DNA of 50,085 nucleotides, taken from the NCBI GenBank assembly GCA_027083345.1, contig JALWOZ010000025.1:1-50085 (forward strand), read 5' to 3'. Origin of the DNA: Candidatus Kaiserbacteria bacterium (lineage in GTDB: Bacteria > Patescibacteriota > Minisyncoccia > Phycocordibacterales > UBA2100). The notes beneath the pieces were generated by a model that saw nothing but the letters and a program-made list of their open reading frames with translations, did no database searches and was not told the origin of the DNA. A program made the position numbers and the translations under genes. Of the stretch, positions 1-9,652 are shown piece after piece. How positions within the stretch are numbered: position 1 is the first letter of the stretch; each line of letters begins with the position of its first letter.

Positions 1-165
1 GTTTGTGCTAGAGTTACCATGCGCTCTCGCCGTGGAGAGTGTGCGCCCTCAGGCGCACACAATGGACAGCACGCACTCCGTGCGTTCCTTTTCCTTAATT
101 GTGATTTTGGAAATGAGTCCGCGCCGCCAAAAGAAAAGTCGGCAAAATGCCGACAAGTCAAATTC

Positions 166-242
166 TGGTGGGCGCTGAGGGATTCGAACCCCCGGCCTAC
201 TCGGTGTAAACGAGTCGCTCTAACCAACTGAGCTAAGCGCCC
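166..242 (-). tRNA. tRNA-Val(TAC)
   Basis: Reverse complement GGGCGCTTAGCTCAGTTGGTTAGAGCG-ACTCG TTTACAC CGAGT-AGGCCGGGGGTTCGAATCCCTCAGCGCCCACCA: full cloverleaf, TTCGAA T-loop, encoded CCA. Confidence 0.97.
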
Positions 243-281
243 TTTAATAAATACAATTTATATCCCGAATATCTCCGGCCG

Positions 282-342
282 GGCCTACTCGGTGGCTGTA
301 AATAACTTGGAGTCACTCATTAACCAACTGAGCTAAGCGCTC
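282..342 (-). pseudogene. Degenerate partial copy of the adjacent tRNA-Val (5' half and anticodon arm, with insertions)
   Basis: 321-340 is identical to 221-240 and 282-294 is identical to 194-206; no intact T-arm or 3' acceptor strand. Confidence 0.7.
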
Positions 343-394
343 ATAACCTCTCATGTAGGTTATGTGTTGCGTATTATATGGTATATTAGGCAAT

Positions 395-1165
395 ATGCAA
401 GAGAAGTTAAATTCTACTCAAGAGTTACCACAAATAATTTATGAGGATATTGAATTATTGGTACTCAACAAGCCTGCGGGCTTGGTTATGCATGGCGACG
501 GACGCACAAGGGAGGATACATTAGTAGATTGGCTTATATATAATTATCCAGAAATAAAGGAGGTGGGGGAGGCTTGGCAATCAGATAATGGTGGTGTTAT
601 GTATAGGCCAGGTATAGTGCATCGGTTAGACAGGGAGACAAGTGGAATTTTGTTAGTAGCTAAAACTCAAGAGAGCTATGAGAGTCTTAAAAAGCAATTT
701 AAGAACAGAGAGATACAAAAAGAGTATAGAGTTATATTGAATGGTACATTTAAAGATGATGCACAAAGTGGAACGATAGATAAACCTATAGGCAAGAGTC
801 CAAGCGACTTTCGCAAGTGGAGCGCACAACCTGGCGCGCGAGGCAATATGCGAGAGGCTGTTACGGATTATGAGGTACTTAATATGGTGGGTAAGGGTAA
901 TGATGGGTATAGCTATGTATCAGCTAGGCCCAAGACAGGTCGTACACATCAATTACGTGTGCACTTTAAGGCCGTACATCATCCTGTGTTGGGAGATAGG
1001 CTCTATGGAGCTAATAAGGTGCATAATATAGGAGTAAGGGTGCCACGCACAATGCTCCATGCATGTAAAATTAATTTTAAGAGCTTAAGTGGGATGGAGT
1101 TAACATACAAGGCTCCATTACCAAGAGATTTTATAAATATATTAGATAAACTTGAGTTGACTTAG
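395..1165 (+). CDS. RluA/RluD-family pseudouridine synthase
   Basis: Motifs NKPAGLVMH, GIVHRLDRETSG, TGRTHQLRVH, PVLGDRLYG, LHA; start placed at ATG 395 behind TG-n-TATATT. Confidence 0.95.
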   Translation: MQEKLNSTQELPQIIYEDIELLVLNKPAGLVMHGDGRTREDTLVDWLIYNYPEIKEVGEAWQSDNGGVMYRPGIVHRLDRETSGILLVAKTQESYESLKKQFKNREIQKEYRVILNGTFKDDAQSGTIDKPIGKSPSDFRKWSAQPGARGNMREAVTDYEVLNMVGKGNDGYSYVSARPKTGRTHQLRVHFKAVHHPVLGDRLYGANKVHNIGVRVPRTMLHACKINFKSLSGMELTYKAPLPRDFINILDKLELT

Positions 1166-1184
1166 GTTTTTAATCTGATAGTAT
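1157..1184 (+). promoter_or_regulatory. Sigma70-type promoter for the rpsN-secY block
   Basis: TTGACT(1157-1162), 16 nt spacer, TG-n-TAGTAT(1179-1184). Confidence 0.6.
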
Positions 1185-1309
1185 ACCTCCACGTTTAAAG
1201 ACGTTTGAGTAAGTGTATTTAGTAAATACTAGTATACAAACTGCCAAACAGCTAATTTGTTAGTTGCTTTGTGCATAAGTATCTGATACACTCCTCGCAA
1301 TATAAAAAT

Positions 1310-1495
1310 ATGGCAAGAAAAGCAATGATAGCAAAGGCGAAGAAGTCGCCAAAATATAAGTCACGAGTTATAAGACGTTGTTTTAAATGTGGGCGTATAC
1401 ACGGTTATATGCGTGATTTTGACCTATGTCGTATTTGTTTTAGGGAGGAGGCTCTTAAGGGGCATATTCCAGGAGTAAGAAAATCATCATGGTAA
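1310..1495 (+). CDS. rpsN: 30S ribosomal protein S14, zinc-binding type Z
   Basis: MARKAMIAK...RCFKCGR...LCRICFRE...IPGVRKSSW; real start is ATG 1310. Confidence 0.97.
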   Translation: MARKAMIAKAKKSPKYKSRVIRRCFKCGRIHGYMRDFDLCRICFREEALKGHIPGVRKSSW

Positions 1496-1884
1496 ACGAT
1501 CCAATTTCAGATTTAATAATTCGCATTAAAAATGCCAGCAGAGTAGGTAAGAGCTTTGTTGCATTACCACACTCTAAGTTGAAAGCTTCTGTAGCGGACA
1601 CCTTACATAAAGCGGGGTTTGTTGGCGAGGTGAGTAAGGAGGGCAAAGGAGTTAAGAAAACTCTAATAGTAGAAATACTTTATAAAAAGGATGGATCTCC
1701 TCGTATAATGGATGTAAAAAGAATATCAAAACCAGGTAGGCGTTTATACAAGAGTGTTAAGCACATATTCCCTGTGCGTTACGGTAAAGGTGCATCTATA
1801 TTCTCTACTCCTAAAGGTATATTGACAGATGTAGAAGCTCGTAAAGAGAGAGTTGGAGGAGAGGAGTTATTTAAAATCTGGTAA
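1489..1884 (+). CDS. rpsH: 30S ribosomal protein S8
   Basis: [34 protein letters not shown]. Confidence 0.98.
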   Translation: MVNDPISDLIIRIKNASRVGKSFVALPHSKLKASVADTLHKAGFVGEVSKEGKGVKKTLIVEILYKKDGSPRIMDVKRISKPGRRLYKSVKHIFPVRYGKGASIFSTPKGILTDVEARKERVGGEELFKIW

Positions 1885-1919
1885 AGTGTAAATATATAGT
1901 TAAATTTTAATTAAACAAC

Positions 1920-2456
1920 ATGAGCAGGATAGGTAAACAAGAATTAAAGATACAAGCAGGCACTACAGTGTCTGTAGCTGATGATGTTGTAACTGTTAAG
2001 GGTAAATTAGGTACTCTTACAAGAAGAATTTCTCCCCTTGTTTCTGTAACTGTAGATGGTGATATCGTAAAGGTTGTGCCTAGTAATCAATCTAGATTAG
2101 CTCTTGCTTTATGGGGTACTTTCAGCTCACATATTAAAAATATGTTACAAGGAGTAAATGAGCCATTTATAAAGACCCTTGTTGTTGAAGGAGTCGGGTT
2201 TAAGGTAGCACTTAACGGCAAAACTTTAAATTTAAAGGTGGGATATTCTCATGATATTAATTTTGAGGTTCCTGAGGGTATTACTGTGGAGGTTGAGAAG
2301 AATAATATAAAGATATCGGGTATCGATAAAGAGGAGGTTGGGCAATTTGCTGCTGTAGTGCGCTCAAGCAAGAAACCCGAGCCATATAAAGGTAAAGGTA
2401 TTCGTTATGGGGATGAGTTAGTAAGACGCAAGCAAGGTAAGAGGGCCGCAGCATAG
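1920..2456 (+). CDS. rplF: 50S ribosomal protein L6
   Basis: MSRIGK, PEPYKGKGIRY. Confidence 0.98.
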   Translation: MSRIGKQELKIQAGTTVSVADDVVTVKGKLGTLTRRISPLVSVTVDGDIVKVVPSNQSRLALALWGTFSSHIKNMLQGVNEPFIKTLVVEGVGFKVALNGKTLNLKVGYSHDINFEVPEGITVEVEKNNIKISGIDKEEVGQFAAVVRSSKKPEPYKGKGIRYGDELVRRKQGKRAAA

Positions 2457-2474
2457 TTTTAATTTAAATTTATT

Positions 2475-2825
2475 ATGAAAACTGATAAAAAGACATTAGC
2501 AAGGCAAGCAAGACAACGCAGAGTGCGTGCTAAAATTGCAGGTACACAAGAGCGTCCCAGAATATCTATCTTTAGGTCTAATACCGCTCTTAGTGCTCAA
2601 GTTATAGATGACACAAATGGTAAGACCCTTGCGACAATATCTACATCAAATATTAAAAAAGGGAAGGACTTTGGAGATAAGGTTTCGTCTGCTGGTGTGG
2701 AATTAGCAAATTTGATGAAAAAATTAAAAATAACTGAGGCAGTATTTGATAGAGGTGGATATGCGTATATAGGGAATATAAAAGTATTTGCAGATGCTAT
2801 AAGGCAAGGAGGTATTAAATTTTAA
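2475..2825 (+). CDS. rplR: 50S ribosomal protein L18
   Basis: RPRISIFRSN, AQVIDD, VFDRGGY; spc gene order. Confidence 0.97.
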   Translation: MKTDKKTLARQARQRRVRAKIAGTQERPRISIFRSNTALSAQVIDDTNGKTLATISTSNIKKGKDFGDKVSSAGVELANLMKKLKITEAVFDRGGYAYIGNIKVFADAIRQGGIKF

Positions 2826-2831
2826 TTATTT

Positions 2832-3452
2832 ATGACAGAAGACACAACAAAAAAAGATAAGTCAACAATAGAGACTGATGGAGATGTAGCAGAGGTAATT
2901 GTTAAGGCCCCTCTAACAGATAATTCAGCTCCAAATGTTGAGGCTCCTAAACGTAAGCGTAATGAGTTTGGCTCTAAGAGAAGGTTTGAGAAAAATAAGC
3001 GTCGTGAGCGCCCAGAGAGGCGTCAAGAATTTGAGCAAAAGATAGTAGACATTAGACGAGTTGTTCGTGTTATGGGTGGAGGTCGTCGTTTTAGTTTTTC
3101 TGTTACGATGGTTATAGGAGATAAAAAGGGTAGAGTAGGAGTGGGTGTTGGCAAGAGTAATGATACTTCTTTAGCGATAGACAAAGCAACGAGAGATGCA
3201 AAAAAGCATATGATAACACTTAATTTAACAGAAGAGATGAGTATAGCCCACGATGTAAAGTCTAAATATGGTGCATCTGTGGTAGAAATTAGACCTGCTC
3301 CAGGTAAGGGGCTGGTGGCAGGAGCATCTGTAAGGAGTGTTTTAGAACTAGCCGGAGTAAAGGATGTTACTGCTAAGATTCTTTCAAGAAGCAAAAATAA
3401 GATAAATAATTCAAGAGCAACCATAGACGCTCTAAAGCAGTTAGAGAATTAA
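2832..3452 (+). CDS. rpsE: 30S ribosomal protein S5 with N-terminal extension
   Basis: RRVVRVMGGGRRFSF, GRVGVGVGK, PAPGKGLVAG. Confidence 0.98.
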   Translation: MTEDTTKKDKSTIETDGDVAEVIVKAPLTDNSAPNVEAPKRKRNEFGSKRRFEKNKRRERPERRQEFEQKIVDIRRVVRVMGGGRRFSFSVTMVIGDKKGRVGVGVGKSNDTSLAIDKATRDAKKHMITLNLTEEMSIAHDVKSKYGASVVEIRPAPGKGLVAGASVRSVLELAGVKDVTAKILSRSKNKINNSRATIDALKQLEN

Positions 3453-3461
3453 TATAACATT

Positions 3462-3908
3462 ATGCAATTACATAACATTAACAAAGGAGATAAATTAGAG
3501 TCTAAAAACCGAGTAGGCAGAGGAGGTAAGAGGGGTAAAACCTCAGGACACGGGCACAAAGGTCAAAAACAGCATGGCAGGCACGGTTTGCGCCCGGAGA
3601 TGCGTGATTTTATTAAAAAACTCCCAAAATTGAGAGGGTTTGGTAAAAATCGTGCCCGCACTGTAAATGGTGATAAATCTACTATCAGGACTGTGGATTT
3701 TAATAGCCTTGCGATTTTTAAGGATGGAGAGACGGTGTCTCCTGCTACTATTGTAGAGAAGGGGCTCCTAAAGAAGGAGGGGAATAAGTTGCCTAAAGTA
3801 AAAATCTTAAACAATGGAGATGTTAAGGGTAAGTATAATGTAGAGGGGTGTTTGGTTTCTGCTTCCGCTAAAGAGGTAATAGAGCAAGTTGGTGGAGAAG
3901 TGAGATAA
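3462..3908 (+). CDS. rplO: 50S ribosomal protein L15
   Basis: RVGRGGKRGKTSGHGHKGQ, LPKLRGF, VKILNNG. Confidence 0.97.
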   Translation: MQLHNINKGDKLESKNRVGRGGKRGKTSGHGHKGQKQHGRHGLRPEMRDFIKKLPKLRGFGKNRARTVNGDKSTIRTVDFNSLAIFKDGETVSPATIVEKGLLKKEGNKLPKVKILNNGDVKGKYNVEGCLVSASAKEVIEQVGGEVR

Positions 3909-3917
3909 ATTTATATT

Positions 3918-5195
3918 ATGATAACTACTTTTATACATAAATTAAAGCTGGTATTTTCAGACAAGGTTTTACGCAATCGTGTATTGTTTGTATTAGGGGC
4001 GTTAGTAATTTTTAGGGCTCTTGCATCCATACCTATACCTGGAGTTGATACTGCTCGTCTGGCAGAGTTTTTTGCTAATAATCAATTCTTCGGAATGATA
4101 AATATGTTCTCAGGCGGAGGACTCTCTAACTTATCTATAATTATGTTGGGGGTTGGGCCATATATTACAGCTAGTATTATAATGCAACTCTCAACAGTAA
4201 TGTCTCCAAAAATGAAGGCAATGCAGATAGAAGAGGGCGAGGCAGGCAAGATGAAGTTTATGCAATATTCTCGTTATCTTAGTGTACCGTTAGCATTCTT
4301 GCAGGGATATGGATTTTTAGCTTTATTACAGAATCAGGGCGTACTTGCCTCAATGGATTTAATGACTACATTGATGAATGTGTTAGTTATAGTTGCTGGG
4401 TCTCTACTTCTGATGTGGGTTGGCGAGCTTGTAACAGAGTTTGGTATAGGTAATGGAGTGTCTCTTATAATATTTGCCGGTATCGTGGCAAGGTTGCCAT
4501 CTGCGATTAATCAATTAGTATTTAGTTATGATGCTTCTCAGATCCCTATGTATATAGGAGTATTGGCTCTAGCCGTATTAGTAACAGCTGTAGTTGTGTT
4601 TATGACAGAGGCGGAGAGACCTATTGCGATTACTTATGCTCGTCAAGCAAGGAGAGGTAATACCGTTGGGACTGGTACTTCTACATATTTACCACTAAGA
4701 GTTAATCAAGCTGGGGTTATACCCATTATCTTTGCTATGTCTTTATTACTTATGCCCAGAATGGCAGCCCAGGTATTAAGCGCTTTGCATGTAGCTTATG
4801 TATCTGGTGCAGCTCAGGTGGTATCTAATTTCTTGGCCAATACTGCTATATATGCTGTGTTATATTTTATATTAGTATTCTTCTTTACGTATTTTTATAC
4901 CGCAGTTACATTTGATCCAGATCAAATAGCTACCAATTTACAAAAGAGTGGAGGGTATATACATGGTTTAAGGCCGGGAGAGGCAACTGCTGAGTATCTA
5001 GGACACGTAATAACACGTATAACATTATTCGGAGCCCTATTTTTAGGTGTGATAGCTGTTTTACCGGTTGGTATGCAATTATTTACAGGTAACCAGACAT
5101 TAACCATAGGTGGTACTGCTCTACTAATAGCCGTGTCTGTAGTCTTAGACTTAGTTAAAAAGGTAGACGCGCAAGTCTCCGTGAGAGAATACTAA
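3918..5195 (+). CDS. secY: Preprotein translocase SecY
   Basis: LGVGPYITASIIMQL, GIGNGVSLIIFAGIV, AGVIPIIFA, GLRPG, GGTALLI; multipass membrane protein. Confidence 0.99.
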   Translation: MITTFIHKLKLVFSDKVLRNRVLFVLGALVIFRALASIPIPGVDTARLAEFFANNQFFGMINMFSGGGLSNLSIIMLGVGPYITASIIMQLSTVMSPKMKAMQIEEGEAGKMKFMQYSRYLSVPLAFLQGYGFLALLQNQGVLASMDLMTTLMNVLVIVAGSLLLMWVGELVTEFGIGNGVSLIIFAGIVARLPSAINQLVFSYDASQIPMYIGVLALAVLVTAVVVFMTEAERPIAITYARQARRGNTVGTGTSTYLPLRVNQAGVIPIIFAMSLLLMPRMAAQVLSALHVAYVSGAAQVVSNFLANTAIYAVLYFILVFFFTYFYTAVTFDPDQIATNLQKSGGYIHGLRPGEATAEYLGHVITRITLFGALFLGVIAVLPVGMQLFTGNQTLTIGGTALLIAVSVVLDLVKKVDAQVSVREY

Positions 5196-5238
5196 ATCCT
5201 TAATAAAGTTTTATATATTTGGTATATAATATATACCG

Positions 5239-5673
5239 ATGGACAAAGGTACTGCTATTTTGGATTCTATAGTCGCAATAGCTCTTTTTGCTGTTTTGTT
5301 TGTGGGGCTGTTTGGACTTTTGCAAGTGGGTGTAAAAACAGTAACAGTGCATAAGGCTCGGGCTGGAGCGTTGACGCTCGCTAGGAGTGAGATCGAGTCA
5401 ATAAGGTCGTTAGACTATTCTGCAGTTGGAGTACAAGGTGGTAATCCCTCTGGTAATGTTGTATCTAGTAAGACTGTGGTATTAAATAATATTACTTATA
5501 CTATTAATGTTGACATAACTTGGCATGATGATCCTGGAGATGGTATAGGCAATGCCGATACTAATCCAAATGATTATAAAGCTGTAAGGGTGCAAGTTAG
5601 TTGGTCAGAGCATGTAGGCAAGACAGGTAGTGTGGTTTTGTCTACTTTTGTATCAGAATTTGTCAAAGAATAA
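5239..5673 (+). CDS. Type IV minor pilin-like protein (PilV-like)
   Basis: KG|TAILDSIVAIALFAVLF degenerate class III signal followed by a hydrophobic helix; YKAVRVQVSW. Confidence 0.75.
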   Translation: MDKGTAILDSIVAIALFAVLFVGLFGLLQVGVKTVTVHKARAGALTLARSEIESIRSLDYSAVGVQGGNPSGNVVSSKTVVLNNITYTINVDITWHDDPGDGIGNADTNPNDYKAVRVQVSWSEHVGKTGSVVLSTFVSEFVKE

Positions 5674-5674
5674 T

Positions 5675-6271
5675 ATGTTCAACTTAAATACACAAAAAGG
5701 GATGTCTTTTGTTGAGGTTATTGTATGGGTAGGGATTCTGACATTATTGATGGCTGCTATGGTCTCGGCAATAATCCATGTTTATAGAAGTAATAGTTAT
5801 ACAATAGAGAGAGCTATCGCAGTTTTGTCTGTGCGTAAAGGTTTGGAGAATGTAACGAAATTAGTTAGAGAGTCTAAATATAGTGACTCGGGAGGGTATC
5901 CAATTGTGGCATTTGGAGATAATTCTATTACTTTTTATGCGGATTCTGACCGTGATGGGTCTGTAGAGCAGGTTAGAATATTTTTAAATGGGAGTCTTTT
6001 ACAAAAAGGAGTAGTAGAGCCTACGGGCTCCCCTGCGGTATATACAGGTACCGAGAATATAAGTACTATAGTTAGCAATGTACGTAATATTAGCTTGGGT
6101 AAGAAATTGTTTTACTACTATGATAGTGCTGGGGTAGAGGTTACAGATACAAATGCTTTATTAAGCCCCGTGTTTGTTAAAGTGGATTTGGTTGCTAATA
6201 CAGGTAAGAATCCAACGGTTAATGATTATGAGTTACAGAGTAGTGCATTTATAAGAAATTTGAGAAATTAA
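5675..6271 (+). CDS. Prepilin-type protein (PilW-like minor pilin)
   Basis: QKG|MSFVEVIVWVGIL with Glu+5; start at ATG 5675. Confidence 0.85.
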   Translation: MFNLNTQKGMSFVEVIVWVGILTLLMAAMVSAIIHVYRSNSYTIERAIAVLSVRKGLENVTKLVRESKYSDSGGYPIVAFGDNSITFYADSDRDGSVEQVRIFLNGSLLQKGVVEPTGSPAVYTGTENISTIVSNVRNISLGKKLFYYYDSAGVEVTDTNALLSPVFVKVDLVANTGKNPTVNDYELQSSAFIRNLRN

Positions 6272-6272
6272 T

Positions 6273-7772
6273 ATGTTTAGAAGATATATACAACATAATT
6301 TCTTTATTAGGTGTAGGGTTAAGGGAGGATCCATTGTTATGGTTTTAATGTTTGCAGGAGTATTTTTGGTTGCCGTTGGGGCTATATTACAATTTGTTTT
6401 GCAACAAAGTATTAGTGGCAGAGGCAAGGTGGCATTAGAGGAGTCTTTGCAAATAGCGGAGGCAGGATTGGAATATTATAAATGGTATTTAGCACATAAC
6501 CCTACAAGTTTATGGAATGGAACGGTAGAGTATAAAGATCCTCAGACTAGCCAGAGGATTGGCGAATTTAATATTAGTTCAATAACTAATACACAATGTG
6601 GAGATATCATGAGTAGAGATGTTACTGTTATTGGCAAGTCAGATAAGGACAGTCGTTTTACTCGTAAGTTATCAGCAAGGTATATGCTACCTAGTGTAGC
6701 TAATTATTCGTATCTTATAGACGAAGATGTATGGGCTGGCTCAACGCGCTCTATAATAGGACCATATTTCTCTAGTGGTGGAATACGCATGGATGCTACC
6801 CATAACTCTCTCGTAGCTAGTGGGGTTAGTACGTGGAGCTGCGACGGATCATTTGGTTGTAATCCTACTCAAACGAAAGCAGGTGTGTGGGGATCAGGCA
6901 GCCAACCAAATTTATGGCAATATCCTAAAGTGCTAACTGATTTTACAAATATACAACCTGATTTTGTAGATTTAAAGAATAAGGCGACTACATATGGAGA
7001 ATTTTTTCCCAGCGTTTCTAATGGTGCGGGCAATAAAGGTTATCACATAATATTTAAAAGTAATGGTACCTTTGATGTGTTTAGAGTAGATAGTGCAGAC
7101 TATAATTGGGGTTGGGTATCAGGAGGTCTCGCTTATAAGGACTATCATAGTATCTTATCAGAGACTTTTATAGGTAATTATTCATTGCCCAGTACTTGCT
7201 CTTTAATATATGTAGAAGATCAAGTTTGGTTAGAGGGTGTGGTTAGTGGTAAGGTTGCATTGGTAGTTGCAGATACCGTGCATAATTTTGATCCAGATAT
7301 TATTTTGCATGATAATTTAACTTATGCAAATAATAGTACAATAGATGGGATAACAGCCATAGCAGAAGATGATGTATTGGTGTCCGCTAAATCCCCAGAG
7401 GATCTTACTGTTGATGGAATATTTGTTGCTTCTAACGGCAATTTTGGAAGGAACCATTATGTTGAAAATCCTGGTACTTATTGGAATTTTGCTTCTGGGA
7501 GTTGGCAGTATATGCCTGGTGTTGGGGCATCTCAGGATCTAAATACTTTAACAATAAATGGGACCGTTGTATCTGCAAAGCGGACAGGTACTAGCTGGAC
7601 TTATGGAGTGTATAAACAAACAACATGGTGGGGTAGTTATACTTATATTGTAGAAGACTCAGGATTTGCTAATCGAATAAATAAATATGAGAGAGTCCAA
7701 GCATTTGATCCTCCACCTTTTACTCCAAGTTCAGACACCGTACCTTATTATGTTAATTGGCAAGAGTTATAG
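6273..7772 (+). CDS. PilX-like large minor pilin
   Basis: KG|GSIVMVLMFAGVF, SLQIAEAGLE (PilX N-terminal pattern); beta-rich C-terminal region. Confidence 0.75.
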   Translation: MFRRYIQHNFFIRCRVKGGSIVMVLMFAGVFLVAVGAILQFVLQQSISGRGKVALEESLQIAEAGLEYYKWYLAHNPTSLWNGTVEYKDPQTSQRIGEFNISSITNTQCGDIMSRDVTVIGKSDKDSRFTRKLSARYMLPSVANYSYLIDEDVWAGSTRSIIGPYFSSGGIRMDATHNSLVASGVSTWSCDGSFGCNPTQTKAGVWGSGSQPNLWQYPKVLTDFTNIQPDFVDLKNKATTYGEFFPSVSNGAGNKGYHIIFKSNGTFDVFRVDSADYNWGWVSGGLAYKDYHSILSETFIGNYSLPSTCSLIYVEDQVWLEGVVSGKVALVVADTVHNFDPDIILHDNLTYANNSTIDGITAIAEDDVLVSAKSPEDLTVDGIFVASNGNFGRNHYVENPGTYWNFASGSWQYMPGVGASQDLNTLTINGTVVSAKRTGTSWTYGVYKQTTWWGSYTYIVEDSGFANRINKYERVQAFDPPPFTPSSDTVPYYVNWQEL

Positions 7773-7799
7773 GGCTTTGTGCTATAATGTGTGTTTAAT

Positions 7800-8546
7800 A
7801 TGAAGCATTTGATTGTTGCAAATTGGAAGATGAGTCCGAATGACCCCAAAAGGGCCAGAGACATTTTTGATATAGTTAAAGGTGCTGTAGCGAAGCTCCG
7901 CTCTGTACAGATCATAATCGCTCCGCCGTCCATATTTTTACAAAGTTTAGCATCCAAATATAAAGGGAATAAGATCTCTTTATGCGCACAAAATATAAGC
8001 TCTAGTGAAGATATAGCAAATACAGGTTCCTTAAGTGCCGTACAAGTTGCCAACTCGGGAGGACGGTATGTAATGATTGGCCACTCTGAGGTTGGAGATA
8101 CATTGGACAATCTTAGGGTCAAAACATTTTTGACAGTTAAGCACGGTATGATACCTATAATATTTATTGGAGAGTCTGAAAGAGATAAACTTGGTAAATA
8201 CTTAAAGAATATAAAATTACAAATAAACACAGCACTGAAGGAGTTACAAACCAAAGAGGTGGAGAATGTTATCTTTTGTTATGAGCCTATTTGGGCTATA
8301 GGTCAGGATGATCCGATGGATTCATATGATATACATGCTACAGTTTTATATATAAGAAAAGTCTTAATAGAAGTTTATGGGGATAAAATAGGTCAGAATA
8401 TAAATATATTATATGGAGGATCTGTAAATAGTAATAATATAAAAGATATTTTATCAATAGATGATGTTAACGGAGTAGTAACAGGCAGAGTTAGTACAGA
8501 TACAGAGGAGTTTGTAGAGTTATTAAAAATAGCAAATAGGACATGA
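7800..8546 (+). CDS. tpiA: Triosephosphate isomerase
   Basis: VANWKM, IGHSE, YEPIWAIG, ILYGGSV. Confidence 0.93.
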   Translation: MKHLIVANWKMSPNDPKRARDIFDIVKGAVAKLRSVQIIIAPPSIFLQSLASKYKGNKISLCAQNISSSEDIANTGSLSAVQVANSGGRYVMIGHSEVGDTLDNLRVKTFLTVKHGMIPIIFIGESERDKLGKYLKNIKLQINTALKELQTKEVENVIFCYEPIWAIGQDDPMDSYDIHATVLYIRKVLIEVYGDKIGQNINILYGGSVNSNNIKDILSIDDVNGVVTGRVSTDTEEFVELLKIANRT

Positions 8547-9652
8547 AGACACTAAAAGATCTAAAAGAGGTTGATCTAAAAGATAAGGTAGTCTTAATAA
8601 GAGCTGGTTTAAATATACCTATTGATAATGAAGGTGAGGTTATAGATGATTTTAGAATTAGGTCTGTAGTGCCTACTATAGAATTTCTTATAAGACATAG
8701 TAAAAAAGTAATAATAATATCTCACATTGGGCGCAATAGAGCAGAGACTTTAGCGCCGGTATTTAAAGAGATGAAGAAGCATTTACCCTCTTTATCTTTT
8801 GTTGGTTGGACTGAAGGCGTGCCGGAGAAGAAATTAATTTTAATGGAGAATCTTAGGCAAGACCCAAGAGAGACTGCAGTAGATGAAGGGGCCCGTATGG
8901 AATTCGCAAGAGAGATTGTAACTAAAACTAAAGCAGACATCTTTATACAAGATGCCTTTTCTGTGTGCCACCGTAGGCATTCCAGTATAGTGAATGTTCC
9001 GAAAGTGTTACCTAGTTATGCTGGATTCCTTTTGGAGAGAGAAGTTCAACAACTTAGTAAAGCTATTGCCCCGGAGAGCCCCTCACTTTTTATATTGGGA
9101 GGAGCTAAATTTGCAACTAAAGAACCACTCATAAGAAAATTTTTAAATATATACGATTATATTTTCATAGGAGGGGCAATAGCTAATGAATTTTTTAAAG
9201 CACGTTTATATGAAATAGGGGAGTCTTTAGTACATGATGGGGTAATCCCACATGACATTTTATATAATAAGAAGATTATTTTACCAAATGCAGTTAGAGT
9301 TGCCGACTTTAATGGTCATACTGTTTATGTGGACCCTAAAGAGGTGATGCCTAATATGAGAATAGTAGATGCAGTGCCCCCTAGTGATTTACTTACCTTA
9401 GGAGGTGGAGTTAAATTTATCTTATGGAATGGTCCGTTAGGGTATTATGAAGGGGGTTTTAGTCAGGGCACAGAGTCGTTGTTAGAGATGTTTAAAGGGG
9501 GCGCAGCTGAGGTGATAACCGGAGGAGGAGACACCTTAGCGACAGTGGGTAGAGGTTATAGAGACGCTTTTACTCACATAAGCACGGGAGGAGGTGCCAT
9601 GCTTACTTATTTGCAGGAGGGTACTCTGCCAGGTATCAAAGCTCTTGAGTGA
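8543..9652 (+). CDS. pgk: Phosphoglycerate kinase
   Basis: DDFRI, SHIGR, ILGGAK, WNGPLG, GGGDT, HISTGGGA. Confidence 0.96.
   Translation: MKTLKDLKEVDLKDKVVLIRAGLNIPIDNEGEVIDDFRIRSVVPTIEFLIRHSKKVIIISHIGRNRAETLAPVFKEMKKHLPSLSFVGWTEGVPEKKLILMENLRQDPRETAVDEGARMEFAREIVTKTKADIFIQDAFSVCHRRHSSIVNVPKVLPSYAGFLLEREVQQLSKAIAPESPSLFILGGAKFATKEPLIRKFLNIYDYIFIGGAIANEFFKARLYEIGESLVHDGVIPHDILYNKKIILPNAVRVADFNGHTVYVDPKEVMPNMRIVDAVPPSDLLTLGGGVKFILWNGPLGYYEGGFSQGTESLLEMFKGGAAEVITGGGDTLATVGRGYRDAFTHISTGGGAMLTYLQEGTLPGIKALE

Noticed and set aside
19-231. 70-aa plus-strand ORF
   Set aside because: Its 3' part is the antisense of tRNA-Val (WWALRDSNPRP is a typical tRNA shadow) and the rest is hairpin DNA.
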